This document shows positions 53,694 through 63,190 of a stretch of 64,000 bases of DNA, one piece after another. Each line of letters begins with the position of its first letter. The stretch's first letter is position 1. The position numbers and the translations under genes were made by a program. This stretch comes from Acidimicrobiales bacterium (lineage in GTDB: Bacteria > Actinomycetota > Acidimicrobiia > Acidimicrobiales > SZUA-35), in assembly GCA_024638815.1 (NCBI GenBank), contig JAHEJM010000010.1, forward strand, positions 939 to 64,938. Direction: 5' to 3'. The notes under the pieces are model-generated. The model was not told the DNA's origin and did no database searches. It saw only the letters and a list, made by a program, of their open reading frames with translations.

Positions 53694-54392
53694 ATGCGAA
53701 TTCTCCACATTGCCGCCCACCCCGACGATCTCGACTTCGGTTGCGCCGGCTCAACCGCCCGGTGGACGGCCGAGGGCCACGACGTCGTGTACTGCCTGGT
53801 GACCGACGGTCAAGCCGGAGGTTTCGACCCCTCCATTTCCCGCACCGAGATGGCCGTCTTGCGCCGGCGGGAGCAGACCGAGGCGGCGGCCGTGGTCGGG
53901 GTGACCGAACTTCACTTCCTGGGGTTTGCCGACGGCTCGGTCGAGTCCAACCTCGACCTGCGAAGGTCCATCACGCGGATCATCCGCCAGACCAAACCAG
54001 ATCGGGTGGTCGGCCAGTCCCCGGTTCGGGATCTGAACCGTATGTACGCCAGCCATCCCGATCACCTGGCCGTCGGTGAGGCCACGCTGGCCGCCGTCTA
54101 CCCCGATTCCCGCAATCAGTTCGCCTTCCCCGAACTGCTGGCCCACGAGAACCTCGAACCGCACACGGTTCCCGAGGTGTGGCTCGTGGGCGGACCCACG
54201 GCCGATCAGTACGTCGATATCACCGCCACGGTGGACAAGAAGATCGAGGCCCTGCTCTGCCATACCAGCCAGATGCGCATGCCTCACGAGATGCCTGAGC
54301 GGATCCGCCAGTGGGGCCTGGATGTGGCCCAGGCCGGTGGCCTGCCCGAAGGCTCTCTGGCCGAGGCGTTCCGGGTTCTCGACACCCGGTAG
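53694..54392 (+). CDS. PIG-L/LmbE family deacetylase
   Basis: ILHIAAHPDDLDFGCAG (the AHPDD motif) and a later HPDH are typical of the family. Confidence 0.85.
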   Translation: MRILHIAAHPDDLDFGCAGSTARWTAEGHDVVYCLVTDGQAGGFDPSISRTEMAVLRRREQTEAAAVVGVTELHFLGFADGSVESNLDLRRSITRIIRQTKPDRVVGQSPVRDLNRMYASHPDHLAVGEATLAAVYPDSRNQFAFPELLAHENLEPHTVPEVWLVGGPTADQYVDITATVDKKIEALLCHTSQMRMPHEMPERIRQWGLDVAQAGGLPEGSLAEAFRVLDTR

Positions 54393-54413
54393 TCGCCGGC
54401 GCCGGTAAGGACG

Positions 54414-55439
54414 ATGATGGGCCTGGAGATCGGCACCGACGAGTATCACACGGCCGGTGAGCCGTTCCGGATCGTGACCTCGGGCGTGCCGGTCCCGGAG
54501 GGGGCCACCGTGCTCGACCGGCGCAGCTGGTGTCAGGACCATCTCGACGATGTCCGGGCCCTGCTCATCAACGAGCCCAGAGGTCATGCCGACATGTACG
54601 GCGGATTCCCGGTCCCTCCCGACACCGACGACGGCGATCTCGGTGTGGTGTTCTTCCACAAGGACGGCTTCAGCACCGCCTGCGGCCACGGAACAATCGC
54701 CCTGGTCACCTGGGCCGTCGACAAGGGGCGGATCGCAGCCGAACCGAACTCGGTCACCCCGGTGACGGTCGACGTGCCGTCGGGTCGGCTGCGGACCGAG
54801 GCCACCGTCGACCACGAGGGACGGGTGGCTGCGGTCCGGTTCTGGAATGTTCCGGCCTACGTGACCGGACGGGACATCGCCGTCGACTCGCCGTGGGGTC
54901 GGTTCACGGCCCACGTGTCCTATGGCGGCGCGTTCTACGCCTCGATTGCCGTGGACGATGCCGAGCTGCGGCCGGAGGCCGGGCATCTCACCGACTTGAT
55001 CGCCGCCGGTCGTCATATCAAGAAGGCCTTGAACGATCATCGGGCCGTGAGCCACGACGACCCCCGCCTGTCGGGGCTGTACGGGGTGACCTTTCACGAG
55101 ACACTCGACCCTTCCACAGTGCCGGGCGGAACCGGAGCGCTTGTCCAGCGAAACGTGACCGTCTTCGCCGACGGGGAGGTCGACCGTTCGCCGTGCGGCT
55201 CCGGGACGTCGGCCCGCCTGGCCGTACTGCAGGCTCTGGGCCACCTCGAGCCGGGTCGACGGTTTCTCAACCTGGGGGTGGCCGGTGGCGTGTTCGAGGG
55301 GCGGATCGAGGCGATGACGGCGGCCGACGAGCGGGTGTTGGTCCACACCTCGGTGTCGGGGGCGGCGTTCCGCACCGGCTCGGCCCGATTCACCCGGGAC
55401 GATCGCGATCCCCTCGGACTCGGTTTTCAACTCCGCTGA
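54414..55439 (+). CDS. Proline racemase family protein (Cys/Cys type: proline racemase or 4-hydroxyproline epimerase)
   Basis: EYHTAGEPFRIV is present, with the first catalytic Cys in STACGHGTIAL. The second is in DRSPCGSGTSA. Confidence 0.85.
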   Translation: MMGLEIGTDEYHTAGEPFRIVTSGVPVPEGATVLDRRSWCQDHLDDVRALLINEPRGHADMYGGFPVPPDTDDGDLGVVFFHKDGFSTACGHGTIALVTWAVDKGRIAAEPNSVTPVTVDVPSGRLRTEATVDHEGRVAAVRFWNVPAYVTGRDIAVDSPWGRFTAHVSYGGAFYASIAVDDAELRPEAGHLTDLIAAGRHIKKALNDHRAVSHDDPRLSGLYGVTFHETLDPSTVPGGTGALVQRNVTVFADGEVDRSPCGSGTSARLAVLQALGHLEPGRRFLNLGVAGGVFEGRIEAMTAADERVLVHTSVSGAAFRTGSARFTRDDRDPLGLGFQLR

Positions 55440-55516
55440 CGACCGATTCGTGATGACAAACTGTCACCGAACCGCCGTACAATGGAAACCTTGCGGCAAT
55501 GCGATCCGGAGGGCAT

Positions 55517-56164
55517 ATGACCGATCACAACTGGCCACCGCCCAGTGAGTCGTCCTCAGGTGGCCCCTCATCCGACTACCCGCCCCCGACCGGTCAGCCC
55601 GTCGGCGGCGATGTCCCGCCCTCGTGGGCGCCGGCTCCCGGTAATCTGAGCCCGGGGGCCGCCCCCGGTGGCGCCACGTACCAGCCGTCGAACCCACAGG
55701 GGTATCCCTCCGGCTACGGTATGCCCCCGGGTGTCGCTGCCGCTCCCGCCCGCAAGTCGAGGTGGTGGATATGGCTGCTGGCCGTCTTCTTCGGACTCAT
55801 CCTGCTCGTCGGCGGCTGCACGGCCCTGGTCATTCGGGCCGTCCGAGGTCCGGTCGACGCCTCCAACGAGTTCTTCGCCGCCGTCAACGACGGTGACCTG
55901 AGCCGGGCCGCCTCGCTGGTGTCCGCCGATCCGAGCTGCAGTTTCGGCACCGACCCCGAGAGTTCCATCGATCAACAGTTCACCGGTGTCACCGTTGAGG
56001 ACTACTTCTTTGCCGGGGCCTCGGTGAGCTCAAGCGACGGAGGCTCCACCGCCGAGGTCATCGGTCTGGTCACCACCCTGGAAGCGGGAGAGGTCGGCTA
56101 CGCCGTCGACATGATCCAGGACGGTGACGACTGGAAGGTCTGTGCCCTGGAGCGCACCGACTAG
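55517..56164 (+). CDS. Pro-rich membrane-anchored protein with DUF4878-like ectodomain
   Basis: A Pro/Gly-rich cytoplasmic N-terminus is followed by the TM helix WWIWLLAVFFGLILLVGGC. A small C-terminal domain follows. The ATG at 55517 is preceded by GGAGGG. Confidence 0.55.
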   Translation: MTDHNWPPPSESSSGGPSSDYPPPTGQPVGGDVPPSWAPAPGNLSPGAAPGGATYQPSNPQGYPSGYGMPPGVAAAPARKSRWWIWLLAVFFGLILLVGGCTALVIRAVRGPVDASNEFFAAVNDGDLSRAASLVSADPSCSFGTDPESSIDQQFTGVTVEDYFFAGASVSSSDGGSTAEVIGLVTTLEAGEVGYAVDMIQDGDDWKVCALERTD

Positions 56165-56183
56165 GCCCGACCGGCGATCGAGG

Positions 56184-57044
56184 TCAGAACAGATCGAGTT
56201 GATCGGCCCGTCGGGGCGTGGGCAGCGGGGCCAGTTGGGGCACCAGCTCGGCCAACGCGGCATGGAACCGCCGGTTGAGGATGGGGGCGTCGATGTTGTC
56301 CGGGGTGTGGGCGAAGAAATAGGGCCGCAGCCCAGACCGAAGCCATTGGGCCACCTTCGGCAACCACTGCTGCCAGTGCACGACGTTGTCGTCCAGGTGG
56401 CTCAGGCCGATGAATCGCACCAGGGGAGCGGTACCGGTGGCCACCGGTCTCACGCCGACCCGGGGCTTGTTGGCGAAGGCCTCGATCTCACCCGGCGTTC
56501 GGCACGGTCCCGAGAAAAGCGGTCGGCTGTCCAGCAACACCCGGTTGATGCTGTGGGCCGCCAGCAGATCGTTGAGTGGCCGCTCGGCCGAGCCGCCGGG
56601 GAAGAATCCGGGATGACGAACCTCGACCGCCCACCACCAGTCGCCCGACAGCCGCAGCACGAACTCGTCCAGCGCCGGCAGGTCGTCGGGGCCGAACGAC
56701 GGTGGAAGTTGGATCTGCACCGGCCCCGATCGGTCGGCCAGCGGGGCGATGGCCTCCAGGAATCGATGCAGCTCCTCCCGGGCGTGTCGAAGCCGTCGAT
56801 CGTGGGTGATGGTGTGGGGCAGTTTGAAACAGAACCGGAAGTCATCCGGGGCCTGATCACTCCAGCGAGCCACGGTGTCGGATGACGGCACGGCGTAGAA
56901 GGTCGTGTTCCCCTCCACCGCGTTGCACCAGGTGGCGTAGGCCTCCAGCTGGTCGACCGTGTCGGCCGGAAAGTACCGTCCCGTCCATTGGGGGTGCGAC
57001 CACATCGGCGCTCCCACTCTGAGCACCGGCTGTCGATCCATCAT
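56184..57044 (-). CDS. DUF72 domain protein
   Basis: VGAPMWSHPQWTGRYFP...TFYAVPS...FRFCFKLP matches the DUF72 pattern. Confidence 0.8.
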   Translation of the reverse strand: MMDRQPVLRVGAPMWSHPQWTGRYFPADTVDQLEAYATWCNAVEGNTTFYAVPSSDTVARWSDQAPDDFRFCFKLPHTITHDRRLRHAREELHRFLEAIAPLADRSGPVQIQLPPSFGPDDLPALDEFVLRLSGDWWWAVEVRHPGFFPGGSAERPLNDLLAAHSINRVLLDSRPLFSGPCRTPGEIEAFANKPRVGVRPVATGTAPLVRFIGLSHLDDNVVHWQQWLPKVAQWLRSGLRPYFFAHTPDNIDAPILNRRFHAALAELVPQLAPLPTPRRADQLDLF

Positions 57045-57110
57045 GGACCACCAGTCTACGACGCGGCTCGTCCGGGGACGGGCGTTGCCGTGGAGGGCCG
57101 GGGTCGCCGC

Positions 57111-57845
57111 CTACGGGGCCGGGGCCAGCCGAAGGTAGAACGTTGCTCCCTGGCCTCGGTGGGAGTCGACCCAGATCGACCCACCCAATCGATCCATGAT
57201 CCGGCGGGACAGGGCCAGGCCCAGTCCGCTGCCGGCCACGTCGAGATCGACCCGACCGTAGGGCGTGAAGATTCGGCCGTGGTCGGCCGGGTCGATGCCC
57301 CGGCCGTTGTCGGTGAAGGCAATGACGTGATAGCCCACATCGTCCCGATCGGCGGTGATCTGCACGGTCAGCGGTCGCTCCGAGCGGTAGCAAACGGCAT
57401 TGCCGAGGATGTTTCCGACGACCGTGGTCAGGTGGCCCCGCCGGCCGGCCACCGTGGGCAGTGGGTCGACGGTGACAGTGCCACCACAATTGCGCAGCGT
57501 GTGTTGGAGTCGGTTCACCGCCTCGGCCACCACCCGGTCGAGGTCGACGGCCACCAGGCCACCGACCTCGGCTCCGTCCAGAGACCGGAGATCGTCGAGC
57601 TGTTCGATCATCGACGTCGCCTCCCGACCGATGTCGACGGCCAGGCCGGCCAGATCGTGACGATCGAAGTCGCCATCGGCCAACTTCCGGGCGATGTACT
57701 CGGCGGAATTCCCGATGGCACGCAGCGGGTTCTTCAGCTCGTGAGCGGTGAATCGGGCCAGGAGCCTGGCCTCGTCGATGTCGGCGTCGGAATCCGGGTT
57801 GGTCGATGTGTCCGGCTCGAGCCGTGCCTTCATCACCCTTGCCAC
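57111..57845 (-). CDS. Soluble histidine kinase core (HisKA + HATPase_c only)
   Basis: H-box FTAHELKNPLRAI. N-box GNILGNAVCY. G-boxes DNGRGI and GSGLGLALSRRIM. There is no sensor domain or TM helix, and no adjacent response regulator. Confidence 0.8.
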   Translation of the reverse strand: MARVMKARLEPDTSTNPDSDADIDEARLLARFTAHELKNPLRAIGNSAEYIARKLADGDFDRHDLAGLAVDIGREATSMIEQLDDLRSLDGAEVGGLVAVDLDRVVAEAVNRLQHTLRNCGGTVTVDPLPTVAGRRGHLTTVVGNILGNAVCYRSERPLTVQITADRDDVGYHVIAFTDNGRGIDPADHGRIFTPYGRVDLDVAGSGLGLALSRRIMDRLGGSIWVDSHRGQGATFYLRLAPAP

Positions 57846-57908
57846 ATCGGCTGGTTCCCGGCTCGAATGAAGGGAGGGGGCGAACGAATATGGTGAAGAC
57901 CGTCGCGC

Positions 57909-59417
57909 TCAGTCGTACAGATCGGCGAAGACCCGACGCAGCTCGGCCTTCTGGATCTTGCCCATGGTGTTGCGGGGCAGCTGGTCAAGATACACGTACC
58001 GCCTCGGTTGTTTGAACCGAGCCAGGTTGTCGGCGATGGCCGCCCCCATCACATCGTCGGTGACATCGGGATCGGCCACGACGAAGGCCGTCACCGCCTC
58101 CCCATAGTCGCCGTGGGGCAAACCCACCACCGCCGTCTCCACCACCCCTGGGATCTGGTCGAGCTGCTGCTCGATCTCCTTGGGGTAGACGTTGTAGCCA
58201 CCGGAGATGATCATGTCACTGGAGCGGCCGACCAGGGTCAAACGCCCGTCACCGTCGACCCAGCCGATGTCACCGGTGCGGAAGAACCCGTCGTCGGTTG
58301 TGGCTTCGGCCGTCTTGTCCGGCAACTGCCAGTAACCCTTGAACAGGTGGGGACCTCGCACCTGGACGTGGCCGACCTCCCCCGTCGGGATCTTCTCATC
58401 CGACCGGTTGGCGATCCGGAGCTCCATCTGCGGCACCGGGTAGCCGACGGTCCCGGCCACCCGCTTGCCCTCGGGCGGGTTCGAGGTGATGATGCCGCAC
58501 TCGGTCATGCCGTAGCGCTCGCAGATCGTGTGTCCTGTGCGTTCGGTGAACTCATGGAACACGGCTTCGGTCAGCGGGGCCGAACCGCTGGTGAACATTC
58601 GGATGGTCTGGCAGTCATGTCGGCCGAACGATGGATCGGCCAGCAGGCGATTGTAGTGGGTGGGCACCCCCATCATCACCGTTGACCGTCGAAGACTGAC
58701 CCGTATCGCATCCACGTCAAACCGCAGGAGGAAGATGACCTCGGAGGTGTTGAGGATGGCGGGGTGGAGGGCCACGAACAGCCCGTGTACGTGAAACACC
58801 GGCAGGGTGTGCAACAGGACGTCGCCGGGCCGGAACCGCCAGATGTTGTGCAAGGCCAGGGCGTTGGCGGCGATCCCCCGGTGGGTCAGCATGGCCCCCT
58901 TGGATCGACCGGTCGTTCCCGAGGTGTAGAGCATGCAGGCGACGTCGTCGGCGTCCCGGGCCACCACGGTTCCGAGCGGGGTGATCTGAGACGCCAGGTC
59001 GGCCAGAGTTCCCGAACCGTCGTAGCCGAGAGTGAAGGTCGTGGGCACATCGGCGATGTCGGCCACCGCCGACAGCTTGGGGGCCAGGTCGGGCGGAAAG
59101 ACGAACACGGCCGGACCGGCATCACCGAGGAAGAAGCCGACCTCCTCGGCGGTGTAGGCGGTGTTGAGGGGCACGTAGATGAAGCCTGCTCTCAGACAGG
59201 CGAAGTAGAGGGCCACGGCGTCAGCCGACTTGTCCACCTGCACCACCACCCGATCACCGGGTCGGGCCCCACCGTCGGCCAGCACGGCGGCCATGGCGGC
59301 GCTGCGGCGATCGAGGTCGCCATAGGTGTGGCCGGCGCCTTCGGGCAGCGTGAGGAACGGTTCGTCCCTGGCGTCGGCGAACTTCGTGGCGAAGAGCTCG
59401 TAGATGTTGTGGCTCAA
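57909..59417 (-). CDS. AMP-dependent acyl-CoA synthetase (malonyl-CoA synthetase-like)
   Basis: LYTSGTTGRSKG, YGMTECG, FRTGDIG and MGKIQK motifs. The 502-aa size and N-terminus resemble MatB-type enzymes. Confidence 0.8.
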   Translation of the reverse strand: MSHNIYELFATKFADARDEPFLTLPEGAGHTYGDLDRRSAAMAAVLADGGARPGDRVVVQVDKSADAVALYFACLRAGFIYVPLNTAYTAEEVGFFLGDAGPAVFVFPPDLAPKLSAVADIADVPTTFTLGYDGSGTLADLASQITPLGTVVARDADDVACMLYTSGTTGRSKGAMLTHRGIAANALALHNIWRFRPGDVLLHTLPVFHVHGLFVALHPAILNTSEVIFLLRFDVDAIRVSLRRSTVMMGVPTHYNRLLADPSFGRHDCQTIRMFTSGSAPLTEAVFHEFTERTGHTICERYGMTECGIITSNPPEGKRVAGTVGYPVPQMELRIANRSDEKIPTGEVGHVQVRGPHLFKGYWQLPDKTAEATTDDGFFRTGDIGWVDGDGRLTLVGRSSDMIISGGYNVYPKEIEQQLDQIPGVVETAVVGLPHGDYGEAVTAFVVADPDVTDDVMGAAIADNLARFKQPRRYVYLDQLPRNTMGKIQKAELRRVFADLYD

Positions 59418-59474
59418 ATGCGTGTACCTGTCGGGTTGACCTGCCGATCGGAGCGGATCCTGCGGACCGGGCGA

Positions 59475-60686
59475 TCAGGCCCGGGTTCGCCGGAGCACAG
59501 GGTCGGCCAGGGCCAGCACCTTGTCGGCAATACTCAGCACACGACCGGGGGCGCCCGGCGTGTCGGAGTCGATGAGGTTCCCCATCACCCCCAGGGTGAT
59601 GTTAGCGATTGTCTCGGTGCCCACGGCGATTCGTAGCCCGGACCGGAGAATCAGGGGATGGCCGATGAGGAAGGAGAACCGACGGCCGGTGCGAAGGAAG
59701 CTGTCGAATCGTTCGCCGATCTGACGGTCATAGCGAGCGGGAGCGGTGATCGGGTCGTCGATGAACAGATCCGAAGCGAGGATGCCCGACTCCAGCCCGT
59801 AGTCGATGCCTTCGCCGTTCATGGGGTTGACCAGGCCGGCGGCATCGCCGATGGCCACCCAACCCGGCCCGTGACGGCGCTGGGCGCTCATAGGAAGCCT
59901 CCAGGCGCGGGGCCGTTCCAGATTGGGCCCGATCTGCCAGCTGTCCTTCACCAACCCCCGGTAAGACTCCAGCAACGTGTTCAGGTTGAGCTTCTTGAAG
60001 TTCTTCATGGTCGACAGGGCTCCGACGCCGATGTTGACCGTGCCGTCGCCGGCCGGGAACATCCACCCGTATCCGGGCACGGCCACACCGTTCTCGTCCC
60101 GCAGGGTGAGGCAGGCCTCGAGGTGGCGGTCGTCGTGACGCGGCGACTCGACGTAGGTGCGAATGGCCAGCCCGAACGGCTCGTCATCCACTCGCTCCGC
60201 CCCCACCAGCCGGGCTGCGGCCCCGGGGGCCCCGGTAGCCAGGACCACCATGTCGGCCCGGTGGCGCTCGCCATCGGCGGTGACCCCGACCACCCGATCA
60301 TTCTCGAGGTCGGGCAGGGCTTCGGTCTGCCACCGGAACTCGGCCCCGGCCTCAACGGCGGCGTCGACCAGCGCGGCGTCCAGCCGGCGGCGGGGCCACA
60401 CCGCCCCGTGATTCGGGAACCGGGTGGTCGTCGGCCATGCCAGCTCCCGCTCGGTCTTGTTGGCGATCATTCGCAACCCGTCGATGCGGTGAGCGTCGTC
60501 GAGCTTGATGTTGAGTAGGTTGAGGGCCCCTACGGCCCGGGGGGTGAGACCGTCGCCGCACACCTTGTCCCGGCCATAGGCCGCCTTCTCGAAGACCAGC
60601 ACGGACGCACCGGCCCGGGCCGCGGTGATGGCTGCCGCCGTTCCGGCCGGTCCTGCTCCGATGACGATGAGATCGTGACGAGCCAC
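59475..60686 (-). CDS. Geranylgeranyl reductase family FAD-dependent oxidoreductase
   Basis: The N-terminal HDLIVIGAGPAGTAAA dinucleotide fold is followed by KVCGDGLTP, typical of GGR. A later IGDAAGLVNPMNGEGI follows. Confidence 0.85.
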   Translation of the reverse strand: MARHDLIVIGAGPAGTAAAITAARAGASVLVFEKAAYGRDKVCGDGLTPRAVGALNLLNIKLDDAHRIDGLRMIANKTERELAWPTTTRFPNHGAVWPRRRLDAALVDAAVEAGAEFRWQTEALPDLENDRVVGVTADGERHRADMVVLATGAPGAAARLVGAERVDDEPFGLAIRTYVESPRHDDRHLEACLTLRDENGVAVPGYGWMFPAGDGTVNIGVGALSTMKNFKKLNLNTLLESYRGLVKDSWQIGPNLERPRAWRLPMSAQRRHGPGWVAIGDAAGLVNPMNGEGIDYGLESGILASDLFIDDPITAPARYDRQIGERFDSFLRTGRRFSFLIGHPLILRSGLRIAVGTETIANITLGVMGNLIDSDTPGAPGRVLSIADKVLALADPVLRRTRA

Positions 60687-60689
60687 CCT

Positions 60690-61904
60690 TTAAGGGTATG
60701 AAGTGGCGGACCGGGAAACCCGGGTCGGGGCCCCGCGTGTGTCAGACATCTCATTGCGGGCCCCCCCGGCCATCGGGCAGGACAGGATCATGACCGCGGT
60801 ATCGTCCTGGCGGGGCCGCCCACCGGTCTCGGCTTCGCCGATCAACCGGTCCACCTCGCTGATGATGGCGTCCAGCGTGCCGTCGGTGTCGGCCAGGCGA
60901 TCGACGAGCATGTCAACCGTGAGCCGGGGGAACATCGAATCCTGAAGCCCGTCACTGTAGACGATGAGATGCTGCCCCGGCTCGAGCCGGATCTCGACCT
61001 CGGTCGGTGTCTCGTAGTCGGGAAGGACGCCGACGACGGCACCATGGGCGATCACCAGCTCCGAGCGGTCCGGGCCGATGACGATGGGCGGAGGGTGACC
61101 GGCATTGGCCAGCCGTACCGTCACGCCGTCGGTGTAGGGAGCGACCCAGCCGAACACGGCGGTGCAGAACGTGGCGTTCGGTACCGCCTTGAGGGTTTCG
61201 TGCAGCCACGACAACACCTGGCCGGCGTCATCGAGGTGGAGGCCGGCAACTCTCAGGGCGTGGCGGGCCATCATCATGGTGCTGATGGTCTCCAGATTGT
61301 GCCCGCAGGCATCGCCGAGGAAGAACCCCCGGCGTTGGTCGCTCAGCGGAAACAGGTCGAAGAAGTCGCCGCCGATGTCGAGTGGTGGCGTTACCCCGTG
61401 GTATCGAGTGACCACGGTCAACCAGTCCATGCCGTCATGGGGGGTTGGTAGAGCATGGCGCTGCAGACGTTTGATGGTCTCGGCAGTGCGTCGTTGGGCC
61501 GTGATCTGCTCGGTCACGTCGGCGAATTGGGTGAGCGCCCCCCGCTCCCCGTCGATGTCGACCGGCCACGAATCGATCAACAGCCAACGGTAGATTTGAT
61601 CGCCGGTACGAACCCCCATGGGGAACTGGTGGACGGGCTCACCGGTGGCCAGGCACCGCATGGCCGGGTGTCGCTCGCCCGGCACCGGTCGCAGATCGAG
61701 ATCGACCGCCTGCCACGACGGGTCCAGTGAGGATTTGCCCGTCAGCTGTTCTGCCGTCATGGCCAGCACCTTGAGGGCGGCAGGATTGAAGTCGACCACC
61801 GTGCCGTCAGCGGTCTGGACCACGACGCCGGCGCGTTGATTCTCGACCACGATCGCCGCCAACGTTTCTTTCAAAACGCCGGAGCGCAGGTTGGACTCGG
61901 TCAT
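60690..61904 (-). CDS. PAS domain-containing PP2C/SpoIIE-type phosphatase
   Basis: The N-terminal PAS-like region (VVQTADGTVVDFNPAALKVLAMTAEQLTG) is followed by the SpoIIE/PP2C blocks GGDFFD, GDACGH and VYSDGL. Confidence 0.8.
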   Translation of the reverse strand: MTESNLRSGVLKETLAAIVVENQRAGVVVQTADGTVVDFNPAALKVLAMTAEQLTGKSSLDPSWQAVDLDLRPVPGERHPAMRCLATGEPVHQFPMGVRTGDQIYRWLLIDSWPVDIDGERGALTQFADVTEQITAQRRTAETIKRLQRHALPTPHDGMDWLTVVTRYHGVTPPLDIGGDFFDLFPLSDQRRGFFLGDACGHNLETISTMMMARHALRVAGLHLDDAGQVLSWLHETLKAVPNATFCTAVFGWVAPYTDGVTVRLANAGHPPPIVIGPDRSELVIAHGAVVGVLPDYETPTEVEIRLEPGQHLIVYSDGLQDSMFPRLTVDMLVDRLADTDGTLDAIISEVDRLIGEAETGGRPRQDDTAVMILSCPMAGGARNEMSDTRGAPTRVSRSATSYP

Positions 61905-62003
61905 GGTTCACCTTCGTCGGGCCCGGCGCGGCCAAGACTACCGCCGGGCCTTGCCCCCTCAACATGATCCCGCCTGTTGAACCCCGGCGGTTGTGCTCGC
62001 CGT

Positions 62004-63107
62004 TCAACGCTCGATGGCGACAAGTCCCCAGTCGTAGCTCGACAATGCGCCCCACGGTGCCACGACGACATCGGTGCCCAGGCGTTGTGCCAGGTTCACC
62101 GCGGCATCGGTCACCGGAGCGGTGATCGGGTTCACCTGCTCGAGCTTCTGCCACTTCTCGACGAAGGCGGGAATGGAGAAGTCGAACTTGGCGGTCTGTC
62201 GGTCCGGTCGGGAATGGTCGTTTCCCACGACCAGTTTGGAGGCCAGACCTCGGGTCACCATGTCCAACGCCTCGGGCCCGGTCTTGGCCGTTCCCACGCC
62301 CACTGCTTCCCGAACCACACCGAGTTCGTCGACCATCTGTTCGGCCGCCCGGTTGCGAAGGGCGAGGTCGGCATGGTCGAGAAAGGCATCGACCCCTGGT
62401 GCCGGCCGTTCGGCCCTCGACCCCTCGACCTCGAGAACCGTATACCGGCTGGGCAGGTGCTCGATGAAGAAGCCGACGGCCCGGACGTCACCACCCACGA
62501 CCACCAGCGCGTTTCCCGGGTTCAACTCGGCCAGCCGGTCGACGACCTCCCTGGCATTCTTCTCCCACGTGTTCTCCGCCGTCTGCTGGAACCGCCGTTG
62601 CGACCATCCGCCGGGGTGGCCTCGGTGAATATGGACCTCGTTGCCCTCGACCTCGTCCACGGCCAGTGGCGAACCGAGATCGTTCCGGGCGAAGAGATCA
62701 CCTCCGGTGCGATCGAGCAGCACGGCGACATGGCTGAGGTCGACCTGCGTCGCCTCCAGGATGGGCAGCAAGGCGGGGACCGGGCCGACGGTCACACTCG
62801 TACGACTGAGAGCGCGGATCATGGAGTGATCGACCAGCACCGAGGCATCGCCGTCGGTGTCCACAGCCACGATCAGTCGGGCCGTTGCGTCGGCGTGGTC
62901 GGCCTCAGCCAAGGCGTCGCCCACGACCGACACAGTGGGCGACCCGGCCTTGAGATGTTCGAGTTCAGCCGCGACATTTCTGCATCGGATTTCGTACCGA
63001 CGCTCGGCGTCGGCCGCCGTGGACGGGGTGGGTACGTAGACGGTGGTGAACGTGCCCACGTGATCGCCGATGGCGTTGCGGACCGCGGTGCTGGTGTCGT
63101 GCTGCAT
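62004..63107 (-). CDS. eRF1-like / Vms1-Ankzf1-like (bacterial baeRF-type) protein
   Basis: The central segment IHRGHPGGWSQRRFQQTAEN parallels the eRF1 catalytic loop HGRGGQSALRFARLREE. GGW-SQ stands in place of GGQS. The 367-aa size and three-part layout fit the eRF1 fold. Confidence 0.6.
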   Translation of the reverse strand: MQHDTSTAVRNAIGDHVGTFTTVYVPTPSTAADAERRYEIRCRNVAAELEHLKAGSPTVSVVGDALAEADHADATARLIVAVDTDGDASVLVDHSMIRALSRTSVTVGPVPALLPILEATQVDLSHVAVLLDRTGGDLFARNDLGSPLAVDEVEGNEVHIHRGHPGGWSQRRFQQTAENTWEKNAREVVDRLAELNPGNALVVVGGDVRAVGFFIEHLPSRYTVLEVEGSRAERPAPGVDAFLDHADLALRNRAAEQMVDELGVVREAVGVGTAKTGPEALDMVTRGLASKLVVGNDHSRPDRQTAKFDFSIPAFVEKWQKLEQVNPITAPVTDAAVNLAQRLGTDVVVAPWGALSSYDWGLVAIER

Positions 63108-63190
63108 GATCGGAAACTACCCGAGGCGGGGAAGTTACGTCGACCCCGTGCGGTAACGGTGCCACCGGGGATGGCGATCCCCAGTGGTTG

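Noticed and set aside
53751-55430. 559-aa ORF antisense to the PIG-L and proline racemase genes.
   Set aside because: It spans two motif-supported plus-strand genes. It is a shadow ORF.
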